Source: the human T2T-CHM13v2.0 reference genome, Homo sapiens. Taken from it: a stretch of DNA of 64,000 bases. Numbering within the stretch: position 1 is the stretch's first letter; each line of letters starts with the position of its first letter. This document shows, one piece after another, positions 25,301 through 39,962 of this stretch. The stretch lies in NCBI RefSeq assembly GCF_009914755.1, contig NC_060928.1, one strand, 5' to 3'. The notes beneath the pieces are model-generated. The model was given only the letters and a program-made list of their open reading frames with translations, searched no databases and was not told where the DNA came from. A program made the position numbers and the translations under genes.

Positions 25301-26884
25301 AAATATTTTTAAAAACAGGTTGTTAGCTTGTGTAAAATATAAATATCTAGACACCTGTGCTTCCATTTGGAGTCTTGCTCCCAGGCTCTCGGTGTCGGGG
25401 CTGGCCTCACCTTCCTCATGGGTTATCATGAGGGACATCAGATGGGAGAAAATGTGAAAGCACATTGACTATAGATGAGGTGACTTTCTGTTAGCCTTCT
25501 CTCTACTACTGCTACATTTTAAAGAGGTCTTTGGTTGCTGTTTTTGGGAAGTGGGGCTATTGCTTCACACTCCAACTGTTTAGTATTTTCTTTTTAATTT
25601 GATGCCTTCAGTTTTCCAATCTGAAAAAGATGCTTTGGTTTGAATAAACCAATGTAAGTAGGCTTCTCCTGTTGAAAATTCAAAGAAATTTGCTTTTGGG
25701 TTTTTTTATTCTGCATTCTTCCCGGGAGAAATGTCTTCCCATCTAGAAGAATCAGCAGTCTTTTACTATCCAGACCTATTAAATTGAACGATTGATTGTA
25801 ACAAAGCCTACGCTGTTATATTCAAGCAGTTGTTACATATCTCATATGCCAAAATTGTTAAAAATAACAAAGGCCTATTATCTCGAATGTGGGAAACCAA
25901 ATCATTTTTTTAAAGGCGTGATTAATTGTGTGAGTTTGAACCCCTTAAGTAGGTGTGGTAAGCTGTATTCCGTGGGAACTTGCTCAGTATGTGTGCAACT
26001 ATGTAAACAAAAAGTTAAAATGCAGCTAACACTTTCCCTGGCATTTATTAGCATAGCAAAGAAAGCAGAAACCAACCAATTTTTACATAAAAAGACAGTA
26101 GAAAGCTGTGTCTGCCTGCATTACTGTTCAATCTGTGGGTGCCAACTATACTCATAGAAACAATTTTTATTTATAGGCCTATCACCAAAATGTGTTCTTC
26201 ATTAATTCATATTTTTCTCAGCCTCACATTACTTCTTGAACCCATCCAGGTGGTTTTTAAATGATAAGGGTAATTTAAAACTGAGCAAATTCATGTGTAC
26301 CCCATTTTCCGTGTTTAAGAATAATTGAACGGAAACATCTTTACCATTCATTCAATATTTTGTTAATTTGTTTACCTTTAGTGAACCTGAGGAATACCAC
26401 AAATGTGAGCATGGCTGGATCTTTTGAATTAAAATCCACACTGGGAAAGAAATAGACCTTGAACATCTTGCCAAAGGTATTTAGAAATCTATTTCTCACA
26501 AGATTAAAGCTGAAAGTCCAAAGTAACTGCAGTTTATACCAACAATACAGTTCAGTGAAATGCTGTTATATCAAACATTTCCTCATATATGACACTCATT
26601 AAAATAGAAAAGGCCTCATCTGAAGGCTTGTAAAGTGACATTTCTTCCATATAATATTTTCCTGCATGTAATGTTCAAAAATTGTGGTGCCTTGGAAAAC
26701 ATTACAAAGGCTTTTCCTTGTAGATCTGTACTTGTTGTTAAATTTCTTTTGGGTTGTCCTTCTGGTGGGTGTTTCATAGCCTTTTATAGATTCAGTCTAT
26801 ATATAATAGGAAAAAAGCCCCCTTCATTTGATTTTAAATAGTATCCATAGGAAGCAGCAGGAGAAAGTTTGCATTCCTGGGTGA

Positions 26885-27198
<314 letters not shown>

Positions 27199-27644
27199 GA
27201 GCCCATATTTTGTTCCAATAAAGGTTCAGTCATGCCCTTCCATTTTTTGTCCAGTGAAGTGTGTCACCCATGCTGTTCTCTGCAACTAATGGAAGGAGAA
27301 ATTGTTGTTTGTAGATTAAAGTGACCCGCTCAATCTAGAGAGTAACTTTACCTATTTTTTTTAATACTGCATTATACAGGCAAAGCCTCCATTTAAAGAA
27401 AGGTAACTGATTTGTATTGCAATAGTGTAACTTACCAATACCCATTATTCAACAGCCTAGCAAATGATGATTAGATGATTAAGGCAGTTTTCTACTTCAC
27501 CACAAGGCTGTTAAGTTCCTAGTAACAGTTTTCTAGCGTGCAGTGTATAGGTTATATACAATGAAGTTCATGCAGACATAATCTACCTTCTACTTCTGCA
27601 TATTATGTATGTTTTAAGCAAATGTTAATCCAAAAGTGCCTTCT

Positions 27645-28080
27645 TATTCACTCAATCATTTATTGAAAAAATTTTTGGAGCACCTACTATGTGCCACCAG
27701 GTGTAAGAGTTGACACCATCCTCATCTTTCCAAATTTGCAGACATGGTACAAGGGCTTACGATAGATTGTGTTGAAAGTTGACATCAGTGAAGGCACAAG
27801 ATGTTACGGGGAAAAAGAGCAAAGTGATCTGACCTACTTTATGGAGCCAGGAAAGGCATTAGAGGGTAGACGTGGTGGGTGGCGTTTAATCTGAAACCTG
27901 AAGGATGAGAGGGACAAGTTAAGGGAATGTGTATGTTGCAAATTGAGAAGATTCTCAGACAGAGGGAAGAGCACTTGCAAAGTCTCAGAGGTCAGAGAGA
28001 ATGTGGTGTGTTCAAGGAACCAGCAATTTGAGGCCAAATTTGAGGTGGAGAAAAAGAGAGAGCATGATGACAGGCTGCAT
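27645..28080 (-). mobile_element. L2 fragment
   Basis: ATTCACTCAATCATTTATTG...GAGCACCTACTATGTGCCA; CAGAGGGAAGAGCACTTGCAAAG. Confidence 0.65.
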
Positions 28081-28959
28081 GTTTCAGGCTAAGCAAATTA
28101 TTTTTATTGTTAGCTAAGGTAAACCATAATAAAAAGTTCTGCTAAGTAAATTATGGAATAAATTTCAAATTTTCTCTCACACTACACATTCAGGGTTCAT
28201 TGCACAGGCAACCTTGCCAGGCCTGAAATTCAAATCTGCCCCTGGCAAGGAGAGATTTCTTTTCACGGTTTTTAATTGATCATCTGGGTGCCAAGAGGAT
28301 TTTGCCCCAGCTGAAGGGTTGTACAATTGAGTCTAAGTTGGGGTTTGGGGCATGGACACGCATTTGGAAATGGAAAACTTTCCCATAGGATAACAGCTCT
28401 AAGTCTGCGGCCGTGTGCTTGTGCTCCCCTCCAGGCAGGGAGGACATGCACTGCTCAGGGTTCCGAGCTGACCCAAGCCTCTTACCTCAACCCCCTCCTC
28501 CTGGTGAGAGAGCCCCACTGGGTTCCGCAGAGAAGAGGAAGAGGATGTGACTCAAAGATTCTGGGCTTCCTTGGTTCCCTGGGCTGGAAGTCAGAGAGAT
28601 AATGGAATCCAGGTGTGTGATCTGCATGCATGCAGGTTTATTTTTTTTCTCTTTTTCTTTCCAAAGCAGAGAAGGTGAGGGGTCATTTCTACTCTGGGAG
28701 AGAGCCCCCGAGGTGTCAGCTGTGGCGGAGTGCTGGCGGCATCTACAGTGGGGGTGTCACTCAGGGTGGTGGTATTAGAGATAGTGGCAGAAAAATCTGG
28801 CAAGGCTCCCTGGGGATGGCTGCTGTGGACGCCAGCCCAGTGAGGAGAGGCCAGTGTGATCTCACCCATCATGACCTCAAGGTCCTTCTTTGAGGGATCT
28901 TGCCAGGAAGTTCAGTTGGCAGGATGGCAGCAGCAGACACACAGGGTGGTTAAGAACAA

Positions 28960-29150
28960 CAAACACAGGTAACATCTGCTGAAGGCTTCTACAAGCTGAG
29001 CACTAACAGGTACTAACTTAATCCTTGCACTCACTCTAGGAGGTAGGTACTGTTATCATCATCACGTCACAGATTTGGAAACTGAGGCACAGAGCTGCTA
29101 AGAAACTCATTCAAATAAGCAACCGAGCTGGGACTTGAACACATAAGCAC
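28960..29150 (-). mobile_element. MIR
   Basis: AGGTAGGTACTGTTATC...CAGATTTGGAAACTGAGGCACAGAG. Confidence 0.78.
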
Positions 29151-32100
29151 CCAGCAGGGTTTACCTAGAAAGTCATTTTGGGCACAGGATCTTCCTCCAT
29201 ATGCTTCCTAAAGAGATGCAAGGTTGCGTTTTGATTGCATTGTCTAGTCTAGCCATTGGAAATACATTTACCTCATGAGGTTCAGACTTTTATAGTTTAA
29301 AGAAAGGAAAGGAAAGGAAAGGAATGGAATGTTCTCCCTTTGCAAAACCTCATGCTGTCCTTTAATCATGTCCATTGTGCTGTGTGGTCTCGATGTCTTC
29401 CAAGCAGTTTGGGACTTAGGTTTCATTTTATCAGTAGGAATCATTTACATAGACTGCTGTGAAGGTCCTCTTGCCTGCGAAGTTCTCTACCACTGCCTGA
29501 CAGTGCCTGAAATTCCAGTATTAAATAATCATTCCTTTGAATATTCAAGTTTGATTTTACAGAATTCTCTCTTAAAATATAAAGATCCCTTTAAAGGATA
29601 AATTTAAATCCCTCAAAAGGATGGCAAATATGTAACACCATATTATGGAAAAGTTTCCATAGTATGTAGAAGGTTAAAGGGAGCAGGAAATGGATGATAA
29701 ATAGGGAGATGGGTTTCCCAGAGAAGGCGCCAGTGAAAAATTGCTTCTTGAAATCCCTGAATTTATGTGTTGCAGCCTAATGACATATTTTCACAAAATT
29801 GTGAGCAGCAGTAAAGTTTTACTGGATGGATTCTTTTATTTCAATGATTTTCCTCAGTGTTGACTGCTTAGTTATTTCAAGAAAAGCTAATTATTTAGAA
29901 ACATTGCTACCCATTACTGATGTGTTCATACATTAAAAAACTATTGTGTCTCAGATAATAATGAAAAGAGAGCCTGTTTTGAAATTTGCCGGAATAGCTC
30001 TATTAGATAACCACAAAGGAAATAGTATAACATCACACAATAAACTATCTGTCTTTGAAGCAATCAAATGTCCCTTTTGGCTATGGTGGTGGTTGTGACT
30101 GTATGCCTATAGTGGAGGCTGGTAGATGTCTGAGGTTGATGTTGCATTTTCAACAACATTAAGTGGCCCTACTGAATTTATTATTCGTTCTTTTGTTGCA
30201 TCTACTACTCTGATTGTCAAGTTATTGTTAGGAAAAAAATCACAACGAAGATTCTAAAGCATAGGTTAAGTACAAGCAAATCAGATCCACTGTGCGAGGA
30301 GCTATATTCTAGGAGAACTGATTAAAATGTGCAAACAAAACAATAATGAAAGGATCATAGCCTTGTTGAAAATAATGTATAATAAAAAAGTAAGACCCAG
30401 AGTAATTCTGCTCTAATGCAAAAAATGTCTGTTTTTGTATTGGCTTTACGGGTTTTACAAGAAGTGATGAAAAAGCAGGGTAATGTTAGCAGTGACCTTG
30501 AGTTTCTTCTCCTATAAAAAAATGTAGGCTGATGAAACCTTTTGTACACCCCTCAGGGCTGTGTGAGAATCAAGAGAGTCTGTGTATGTGAAAGTCCTTC
30601 TGGCCTATCATGTGTGAGATATCATAATTACAAACTTTGTTCAGAAACATTTGGTGTGGGAGACAAAGGTTTGGGCCCTATCATCTCTACTCATGTTATC
30701 AGGAGATAGCGTTGCTAAGTGGACAGACGTGACTATCTGTGAAGTCCACAAGGTCCTTGAAATTTCATTAGAATACTCTTCTTTCCAATCTTTATTCAGA
30801 TTCTCGGTCCACCCTAACCTCGAAGTGTTAAGAACCACTGTTTGGGAAGAGGTGTTTTCTGTATATTTTTCTAAGTGATCTGATAGTAAAAGAAACAGCT
30901 TCACAGACCATTTTGCCTTATCAAAATTTCATCGATTCTTAGAATTTATGAAGCCCAGATTAAAGATACAAGAGGATTTAACTCTACTGGGGACACAGTC
31001 CCTTTGACAGAGTCTCACCCATCAGGGCTGCATACCGTCAGGCAATTGATGCACCTTAGGTTTGAGTCAATACTTCAAAGAATGTGCTGATTCCATGGCA
31101 TGGCATGAAGTGTCACAAAAATAATATTTGCATCATATTCTGGGGACATGCTGCATGGACTTTGGGTGCAACTATATGGATTTTGGTGAAAAATTTATTT
31201 CATTAACTTTGCATAATTATAAGAAAAATAAAACACAAAGAAAGGGCAGATATTAAAGACTGAATTTGTAAAGCTCTCCCAAATAAAATATTTGCAGATG
31301 CTTTAATGAGAAATTTGTGCTTGCTTTAGTTTATCGGGTTTAACACTTGAAATGACTGCATGAAAGATTTGCTCAAGACTTGTAGATGAAAAAATTTTTT
31401 TAATGTTTCTTGTTGATGAGAAACTTAATTCAAAATAATTTGTCATCTAATCAAAAAATATATGAACTGAAATAATATTTTAATGTCTCTAATAAACTTC
31501 GTTTCCTTTCTTTGAACATTTCTTATGAATTCCAAATCAAATGGAACATTTTTATATGAAGTATTTCAAACTCATGAAACTCTAACTTTGGGAATGTGTA
31601 TGTGTTGTTGAAGGAGTCCTCATGAAACTAGCGTGGACAACACTAGATTGACCACTGGCTACCAACCGGCGTAGGAATTCAACCTACATGAAGACTCAGA
31701 GTCAGGACCCACCCTGCACCCCCAAACTGTTGCGCTTTCCCAGAGCCCCTGCCGTGCCGTCCTTCCCTGACTTTCTAGTTCCCACCCCTGACCAGCTCTT
31801 GGGCTCTCTGCACTGAGCTCTCTGCCCTGCAACTTTAGTACATGGGATACAAGCTTCATCAGCTCCCTGGCCCTTGTTCAGAACAGCTGCTCGCCGTGAA
31901 GTGGACATGCATGTGCTAGAACATCTTTCCTTGTACTGAGGAATGATAAAGCGCTGGATGATGCCCATCCTGCTTACTGTCTCTGGGGACAAATTGGGAA
32001 CATACAAGGTGCCAATCCCAGATGAAATGGCATGATGCTAGCGTCTGTGTCTTGGGGGCTCTGAATACTCCAGGTCTGGTTCTGCCCCTGAGGACTGAGG

Positions 32101-32158
32101 AGATCAATATCTCCACTCAGAATGTCCTAGTAGTAAAACTAGTAGTAAAGCTCTGGGC

Positions 32159-32341
32159 CAGGGTTTCTCAAACTTCAGTGTGTGTCAGGATCCCTGTTAA
32201 GGCTTGTTGAAATAGATTGCTGGGCCCCATCCCCACTTTCTAATGGGTAGGCCTGGGGTGCTGCTTAAGAATCTGCATTTGTGAGAAGTGTCCAGGAGAT
32301 GTTGATGCCACTGGTGGGGAAGAATACTTTGACAGCGACTG
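32159..32341 (+). mobile_element. MER5A (hAT-Charlie MITE)
   Basis: CAGGGTTTCTCAAACTT...AGATTGCTGGGCCCCA...GAATCTGCATTT...ACTTTGACAGCGACTG. Confidence 0.85.
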
Positions 32342-32433
32342 CTACAGAATATAGCATTTCTAATAGGATTCAATGAAAATTTCCACTTTCCTTTGATACA
32401 TTTCTAAAATCAATCTTTTTGAACCTGTATCCC

Positions 32434-32822
32434 AAGAAAATGTGGTGCATATACACCATGGGATACTACATAGTCATAAAAAAAAAAAAACAAAATGATG
32501 TCCTCTGCGGCAGCATGGATGCAGCTGGAGGCCATTATTCTAAGTGAATCAATATAGAAACAAGAAACCAAATACCACATGTTTTCACTTATAAGTGGAA
32601 GCCAAATACTGGGTATATATGGGCCTACAGATAGGAACAATAAACACTGAGGACTCCAAAAAAGAAGAGGGAGATGGGCAAGGGTGGAAAAACCACCTAT
32701 TGGGTACGATGTTCACTATTTGGGTGAGGGGCTCAACTGAAGCCCAAACCTCAGCATCATGCAATATGTCCATGTAACAAACTTGCACATGTACCCCTTG
32801 AATCTAAAATAAAATGAAAAAA
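32434..32822 (+). mobile_element. L1PA15/16-like 3' end
   Basis: AAGAAAATGTGGTGCATATACACCATGG...GCACATGTACCCCTTGAATCTAAAATAAAA. Confidence 0.88.
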
Positions 32823-33116
32823 TCCCTACATCCATCTGTCTTCCTGAAATTTTTATAGCACACAGAAGATTCTTGCCATTCACAGATTTAAGACGTGCAG
32901 TTTAGAAATATGAAAGCAACCCAAATAAAATAACGTTGAATTTCACTAAAACACGAATTTGAATTGTGTGTTATGCAGCCACCATGTGGATATGGATTTG
33001 CAGTCAGAAGCTGGTGAGTGAATCTACTTAAATGCCAGTGTCAACAACTCAAACCAGCTTTGTTTGCTACTCATGATGACTGTACATTTTAAGTGAATAA
33101 CTATATATTCTCATGC

Positions 33117-33400
33117 CAGGGTTACAAACTCAAATGTCTAACGGGTCCAGGAAGCAACTGCAAATGAGTGGAGTGGTGTAGGTAGAGAATGGGTTGAACT
33201 GGTGGGCCTGTAACCATTTAGGAGCAGAAGCCTTACAGAGCTCCAGCTCATGGACGCCAGGTAGGAATGTGGGCTACTTTGCCATGTCTTCCAATTTTGA
33301 AAGAATCCAGAAATCCAGATTTTTACACGAAACCCCCTTCCCCTTTTAAGGTCAGTCTTCTGAACACCCAACAAAACACATTTACAAGCCAATTCTAAAT
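33117..33400 (+). mobile_element. MER102-like hAT element
   Basis: CAGGGTTACAAACTCAAATG...CAGGTAGGAATGTGGGC...CCAGAAATCCAGATTTTTA. Confidence 0.65.
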
Positions 33401-34299
33401 TTGCTTTTATCATCAAATAACACCCCACAATTTGAGCATTAGTGAGGATTTTGGAAACGGAGCTTTTGAGAATGTCAAGTGTGCACTGTTCGATATTTTA
33501 ATAGTTTAGTTTGGTTTAAATATGTGACTGCCCTTTCGCAGAAACTTTACTTTAATGAAGGAAAAGAAGCGTACTACGGAATTTCATTCTTGGGGCAGGC
33601 GATGGAGTAGGAGATTCTTCACAGAATAACTAAAACAAACTTTAAAAATTATGTATTCAATGCCACGAGTACAGAGCCCTGGGCCAAGCAGAGACTGTGT
33701 ACTCTCTGCTGTGCCTTATCATTATTCACATTCCTTTACCACCCTGAAAATCATTTTGAGAAACTAACCTCCAGTTGTTGAAAGCAGATATAATTTTCCT
33801 AAAATGAAACAATTTGCCAATAAAATATTTTTATCCAAGGACCAAAGTTGCTGTGTGACAGCCGAGGTGTTTATGGTCAACTCCCAATTATCCAGAACCA
33901 GGCTGTTGGATTTTCGTATTAATCCTTCTTTTCTTTGCATACCCTCTCATGATTTTATTGCTTGTACTGTTGCCATCATAAGCCTGGCAAATCGAATGAT
34001 AGGATGTGGTTTTGCTAGCAATTCTTTTAAGAGTCAGGTTGAGAGGCTCTTGGAACCTACAACTTAATTTGAAGTTAGCGTTTTGGCATTTTTCATTTAT
34101 ACATTTTCCTGCCAATCCTGCTTTCATTTAAGTAGCTGAGGATGACTGGGAGTTACGTTTCTTCTCTTTCCAAAACACCCAGGATTTCTGGTGTTTTGCC
34201 TTGAATGGGAAAAAAGCCCAGTCTTTTTATAGGAGAAGTGAGAGGATAAACGCTGGATATCAGGGAGGGCTGAGCGTCGGGCCAGCGTGTGGTAGGGCC

Positions 34300-34420
34300 A
34301 GGAATATCTTGAGAAGTCACTTCGCAGCACTGTGCCTTAGTTTCCTCATGTGGAATATGCACTCGGTGGGCAAAATTATAGATTGTCCCAAATGGGTCTG
34401 CAGAGCCCCAGCATTTCTGT
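34300..34420 (+). mobile_element. MIR fragment
   Basis: AAGTCACTT...CTGTGCCTTAGTTTCCTCATGTG. Confidence 0.55.
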
Positions 34421-34602
34421 CCAGGTGCGTCAGAGGACTTGGGGAGCTGGGGCAATTATCTTCGCCTCATCTACATTGTTTTTGTCTGCTTAAAAGTGTA
34501 TACTATTAAATAGTTTGAAAACTCCAATTCTTAATGATCTTAGAAAAATTTAAGAAATCTGCATTTTGAGGGGAATGTTTGTGCTCCACTGCAATTCATA
34601 TG

Positions 34603-35090
34603 TATTTTTCAATTCAACTTCTATTATAGATTGAAGGGTACACATGCAGATTTGTTACATGGTTAGATTGCATGATGCTGAGGCTTGGGGTCCCAGTGAT
34701 CTCACCACCCAGACCATAAGCATAGAACCCACCAGGTGATTCTTCAGCCCATGCTCCCCTCCCTCCCTCCCGTCTAGTGATCCCCAGTGTCTGTTGTTCC
34801 CATCTGTACAATTATGTGTATTCAATGTTTAGCTCCCACTTATAAGTGACAATATGAAGTATTTGGTTTTCCTTTCTTACTTTAGTTTGCTTAGGATAAC
34901 AGCCTCCAGGTGCACTCATGTTGCTGTATAGGGCAGGATTTCATTCTTTTTATGGTTGCATAGTATTCCGTGGTGGATATGTACCACCTTTTCTTTATCA
35001 AATCCCCAGTTGATGTGCACCTAGATTGATTCCACATCTTTGCTATTGTTAATAGTGCTGCAATGAACATATGAGTCTTTATGACAGAAT
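34603..35090 (-). mobile_element. L1PA16-like 3' end
   Basis: GGGTACACATGCAGATTTGTTACATGG...GCTCCCACTTATAAGTGA...TTTGCTATTGTTAATAGTGCTGC. Confidence 0.88.
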
Positions 35091-35092
35091 AG

Positions 35093-35413
35093 AAATTCAT
35101 ATGTCGAAATCTAATCCCCAATGAGATGGACTTAAGAGGAGAGGTGATGGGGAGGTGATGAGTCATGAGAGTGGAGCCCTCATGAATGGGATTAGTGCCC
35201 TTATGAAAGGGGCCTGAGGGAGCTTGTTTCCTGCTCCCTTCACACGAGGATGCAGCAAGAAGGCACTGTCTAGGAGGAGCAGATACCGAATCTGCTGGTG
35301 TCTTGATCGTGAACTTCCCAGCCTCCAGAATGGTAAGAAATAATTTTCTGTTATTTGTAAATGATCCAGTCTAAGGCATTTGGTTATTATAGTAGCCTGA
35401 ACAGACTAAGACA
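35093..35413 (+). mobile_element. MLT1A0 LTR lacking its first ~30 bp
   Basis: GGAGCCCTCATGAATGGGATTAGTGCCCTTAT...CAGACTAAGACA. Confidence 0.85.
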
Positions 35414-35577
35414 AAGTCTTATTCACTCACTGTGGAACTGCCATGCTCACATCTTCTGTGCACTGTTCTTACGCCACATGTCTGATAGGAATGCCCCACA
35501 CCCCCTGTTGATTAGCTAATTTCTATCCATTTTTAAACTCTTGGTATATATGCCAGGTGTCTTCAATATGTGATGAG

Positions 35578-35872
35578 GGCTGGGTGTGGTGGCTCATGCC
35601 TGTAATCCCAGAACTTTGAGAGGCCAAGGTGGGTGGATCACCTGAGGTCAGGAGTTTGAGACGTCTGACCAATATGGTGAAACCTCGTCTCTACTACAAA
35701 TACAAAAATTAGCCAAGTGGGGTGGCATGTGCCTATAGTCCTAGGTACTCGGGAGGCTGAGACAGGAGAATTGCTTGAACCCAGAGGCGGAGCTTGCAGT
35801 GAGCTGAGATCGTGCCACTGCACTCCAGCCTGGGCAACAGAGTGAGACTCCATCTTAAAAAAAGAAAAAAAA
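35578..35872 (+). mobile_element. AluSx-like
   Basis: Full dimer; TSD AATATGTGATGAG / AATATGCTATGAG. Confidence 0.95.
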
Positions 35873-37716
35873 TATGCTATGAGTTATTTGAGAGCAGGAA
35901 TTCTGTTCACATTGTCCCTGGCTGTATACCACCTGGTCCTAAGCATATAGTAGAAAAAACTTCTTTAATGTCGTAAGGTATATTTTTATAGTTTAATCAG
36001 TGAACATATCGGTAGTAATAACAGTCTTCACATCGAGGTAGTCAAAGACTATAACTTTATTTTCCTCTAATTTTGATCACTACTTGCTACCTTCTCCCCC
36101 TTTTCCCATCAGGGTGAGGGAAATTTAATCCGATTAAATGTAGGTGCCTCTGTTCTCTATGGCTGCATATGAGTTCTGGGAGCTTAGGGCAGAGGCATGA
36201 GGAGGTAGGGACATTCTAGCCCCTAACACAGGTTCCAGGTTGCTGCTGAGACAATCGGTTCTCGTCCCATGACCACCTCTCTGCTGTCTCAGAGACTATA
36301 TCTCTTTTTCCATTAGGCTAGACTGTAAAAAACAAACAAACAGCAAAAAAAAAAAACCTTATTTCAGGAAGAAATACTACTCCCTTAAACTGAAATTTCT
36401 GCCATGGAAATTCTCTCCCAATATTCATCTATGCCCTGAGTTCCTTTTGTTCTCCCAGGACTTCAACTCTTACACACCAAATCCATTGAGAAGCCTGTGC
36501 TTCTGATTTCAGCCCTGTGATACCTCACACCTCTGGTGCTGAGCATAGAGTGCCCTAGATACTTGAGTAGAAGCTGGAGATGGTGTGGGAGGAGGAGAGA
36601 AAAAGAAAAATCCACCCAGAGAAAAAATTAATTAGACTGTAGGTCTTGAGCTTGAAACAATTGTAATGTTCTTGGAGGCTGGTGTTTTATTTTAAATATT
36701 CAAATGAATTCTGTACTCTGTTCATTAAACATTCATTTTGTTGCAATGTAAAATCATGTCAAGTTATTTTCCATAGAAAATTACATATTTTATTGCAATG
36801 ATATGAAAAACAAATCTTGAGAAGAAAATTGCACCTTCTCCTTAATTTTAGTATAAATTTAGAATTTGATAATATCAGAGAAAAAACGTAAAAGTATTTC
36901 TGATTTCAGAACTCCCAGAGACCAATATTCTCTTGTTTGTAACAATCTCAGTGAAAGGGAAAAACAAAGTAGAAGAATAAAAAACTTAAAAAATAACTAT
37001 TACTTACTTTTACTTAATTGCCTTTATCTTAGAAGTAAGTTATTTTCTAACAGGAAAGTCAGACCAGCAGCTAAAAATAATGTGAAGAGTCCACATTCCA
37101 GTGAGTTTGCCTAAGATGAGGAAGCTCAATAGCTTCTTAGACTTGTAGGCAGATGTAAACCCAAGAAAGGGGGATTTTCATAATAAATAGGAACCAGCCA
37201 GTGGTTGTGTGTGGATGAGAAAACCGTAGTTCATTAGTTAGGCTGGTGGGTAGCCTCTGTATTCAGAGGGTGCACAAAGAAAACAATGACAGCACCCACT
37301 GCCTTCACCACTGAACTGGCGAGGAACTACCAGATATAGTGATTGATTGCTTAAGTGTGTCACCACTCATTAGCGAGTAGGTGGCTTTCTGAAAAAACCA
37401 AGTTTGCTTCATAAGACTTCAGTGCTCAGATAGAATAGGAACATGGCCTCCTAGGGTGGGTGCTTGCAGAGGGAAGGTGAATGTCTGCCATCTTTGGAGG
37501 GCTGCGATGCTCAGCAGGAGCCAGGCAAGTATGCAGGACAAACTTTCCCACTCACATATCCAGGAAGAATATGAACATTAAGGAACCAAAGAATAGAGTG
37601 AGGTCTCTAAGTTTCAAAATAAAAATGCTGAGTCTTCAAAAGACTAGAATTTTCTTTTCTGTGTGAAGACAGACATTTATGTCACAGCCAGGACTAAATC
37701 CTACTTACGGTTTCTT

Positions 37717-38323
37717 TTAAAAAATTTATTTATTTTTTTAAATGGGCAAAATTATATATATTTATGGTGTATAACATGATGTTTCAAAATATGTTTACAT
37801 TATGGAATGGCTAAATTGAGCTGATGAACATATGCATAACCTCATATACTTTTTTGTGTTGAGAACACTTAAAACCTACTCTCAGTATTTTTCAAGTATA
37901 TAATACATTGTTTCTAACTGTAGTCACCATGTTGTGCAATAAATCTCTTGACTTACTCCTGTCTAACTGAAACTTTGTGTCCTTTCACCAACATCTCCCA
38001 ATCCCCATTTTTTCCTCACAACCCCTGGTAACCTCCATTCTACTCTCTGCTTCTATGAGTTTGCCTTTGTTAGATTCCACTATAAGTGAGATAACACAGT
38101 ATTTATCTTTCTGTGCCTGGTTTATTTCACTTACCATAGTATCCTCCACATTCATCCATGTTGTTGCAAATGACAGAATTTCCTGCAGTTTTGAGGCTGA
38201 ATAGTATTCCATTGTGTATATGTACCACATTTTCTTTCTTCATTCATCTGTTGATGGACACTTAGGTTGATTCCATATCTTGGCTATTGTGAATAATGTC
38301 ACAGTGAACATCAGGGTGCAGAT
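37717..38323 (-). mobile_element. L1MA 3' end
   Basis: ORF2 C-terminal remnant (37985-38230) plus L1MA 3'UTR; degenerate TSD TACGGTTTCTT / TATGGCTTCTT. Confidence 0.9.
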
Positions 38324-38752
38324 ATGGCTTCTTGAATTATGTATGTGTTAAAAACCAGCTCCAGTGATTCCTGTGCTCAGCGTGTTTGTTAGTTTTACCA
38401 GTAGTGAATGGATTTAGGTGTATGTCTCTGTCAGTGAGCATTAGCTCTGTCCCTGACTCTCCCTTGGTGTGCCATTAGTAGAGTCTTCTACAGAATGTGG
38501 GAGAGGGAGTGCTGCCTCTGCCAGTCAAATCTTGTCTGAATAGAAACTGCCTATTTCAAACAACTCTCAGAGTTCAGGGTTCTGGTATGAGCTTTATGTA
38601 GATATTAGTCACACATGGGGAAAAGAATTAAGAAAAGTATAAAAGAAAAAAATAACTTTGTAGAGTTTGTACATTTTCCTTTTTCAATTAGCTATAGCTA
38701 ATGGAGTAACCAAGTCAGTATTTTCCCCCTCAATAGTTTGAAATAAGCCTAG

Positions 38753-39047
<295 letters not shown>

Positions 39048-39558
39048 AAGCCTACATCTTTACAAATATTATATTAGTGTCTTAAAGTAAAATAGTATAA
39101 TATTATACACTAGTTAAAAATCAACAACAAATAGGCTTGCCCAATTCTCCTTATCACTGAGTAATCATCATTTGTGAACTCAAATACAACTGAAAATTAG
39201 CCACAAGGTTTTGGGATTCCTCTGACTGTTCTGTGAAAGGAGCTTAATAACATATTATCTAGCTAAACCAGGGAAATGGGCTGTATGATGAGTTGTGCTC
39301 CCTTTTTGTACCAATGACCAGCACTTATTTTGTCAAATAGTGTGAGTAAGTCTTTTTGGAAGAAACTGAGGAAAACATATAGAATGTAATAGAAAATAAT
39401 ACAGCCCTCTTTCTATGGATCAGCTTGATTCTAGCATAGGTTTTAGGGTCAATGGAAGTGGAGGGAAGAACACATTTTTATTGAATATGCACTATTATTC
39501 TAAGAGCTGAAGATATGGGTAAACAAAACAAAGAAAGCCAAGCCCTCATGGAGTCTAC

Positions 39559-39561
<3 letters not shown>

Positions 39562-39603
<42 letters not shown>

Positions 39604-39608
39604 ACACA
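39562..39608. repeat. (CA)n microsatellite
   Basis: About 22 units, one interruption. Confidence 0.95.
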
Positions 39609-39962
39609 TGGTATCAGGTGGTAATAAATGCTTCAAATATATGTGAATCAGAATAAAGGGGCTGAGAGTCATGGCAGGAATGATATTTCAGAGAGTTGTC
39701 AGGGGATGCATCTCTGAGGAGGCACCATTAGAGCAAAGACTTACATGAAGTGGAGGAAGAACCCATGCCAAGTTCTAGGCCATAGAACAGAAATGTACAA
39801 AATCCTGAGAAGGGGATTGAGCATGGTGTTTTCAAGGAGTAGCCAGGTGACCTGTGTGCCTGGAATGAGCAAGGAGAAAGTGCTAGGAGATACAGTTGGA
39901 GAGGAAACAAATTATCTGGGGCCCATTTGGGGTCTGCCCATTTGGCATTCTTCATCACAAAA

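Noticed and set aside
29644-29661. TATGGAAA-AG-TTTCCATA palindrome (NFAT/kB-like)
   Set aside because: An 8-bp AT-rich stem is expected by chance in 64 kb and there is no supporting context
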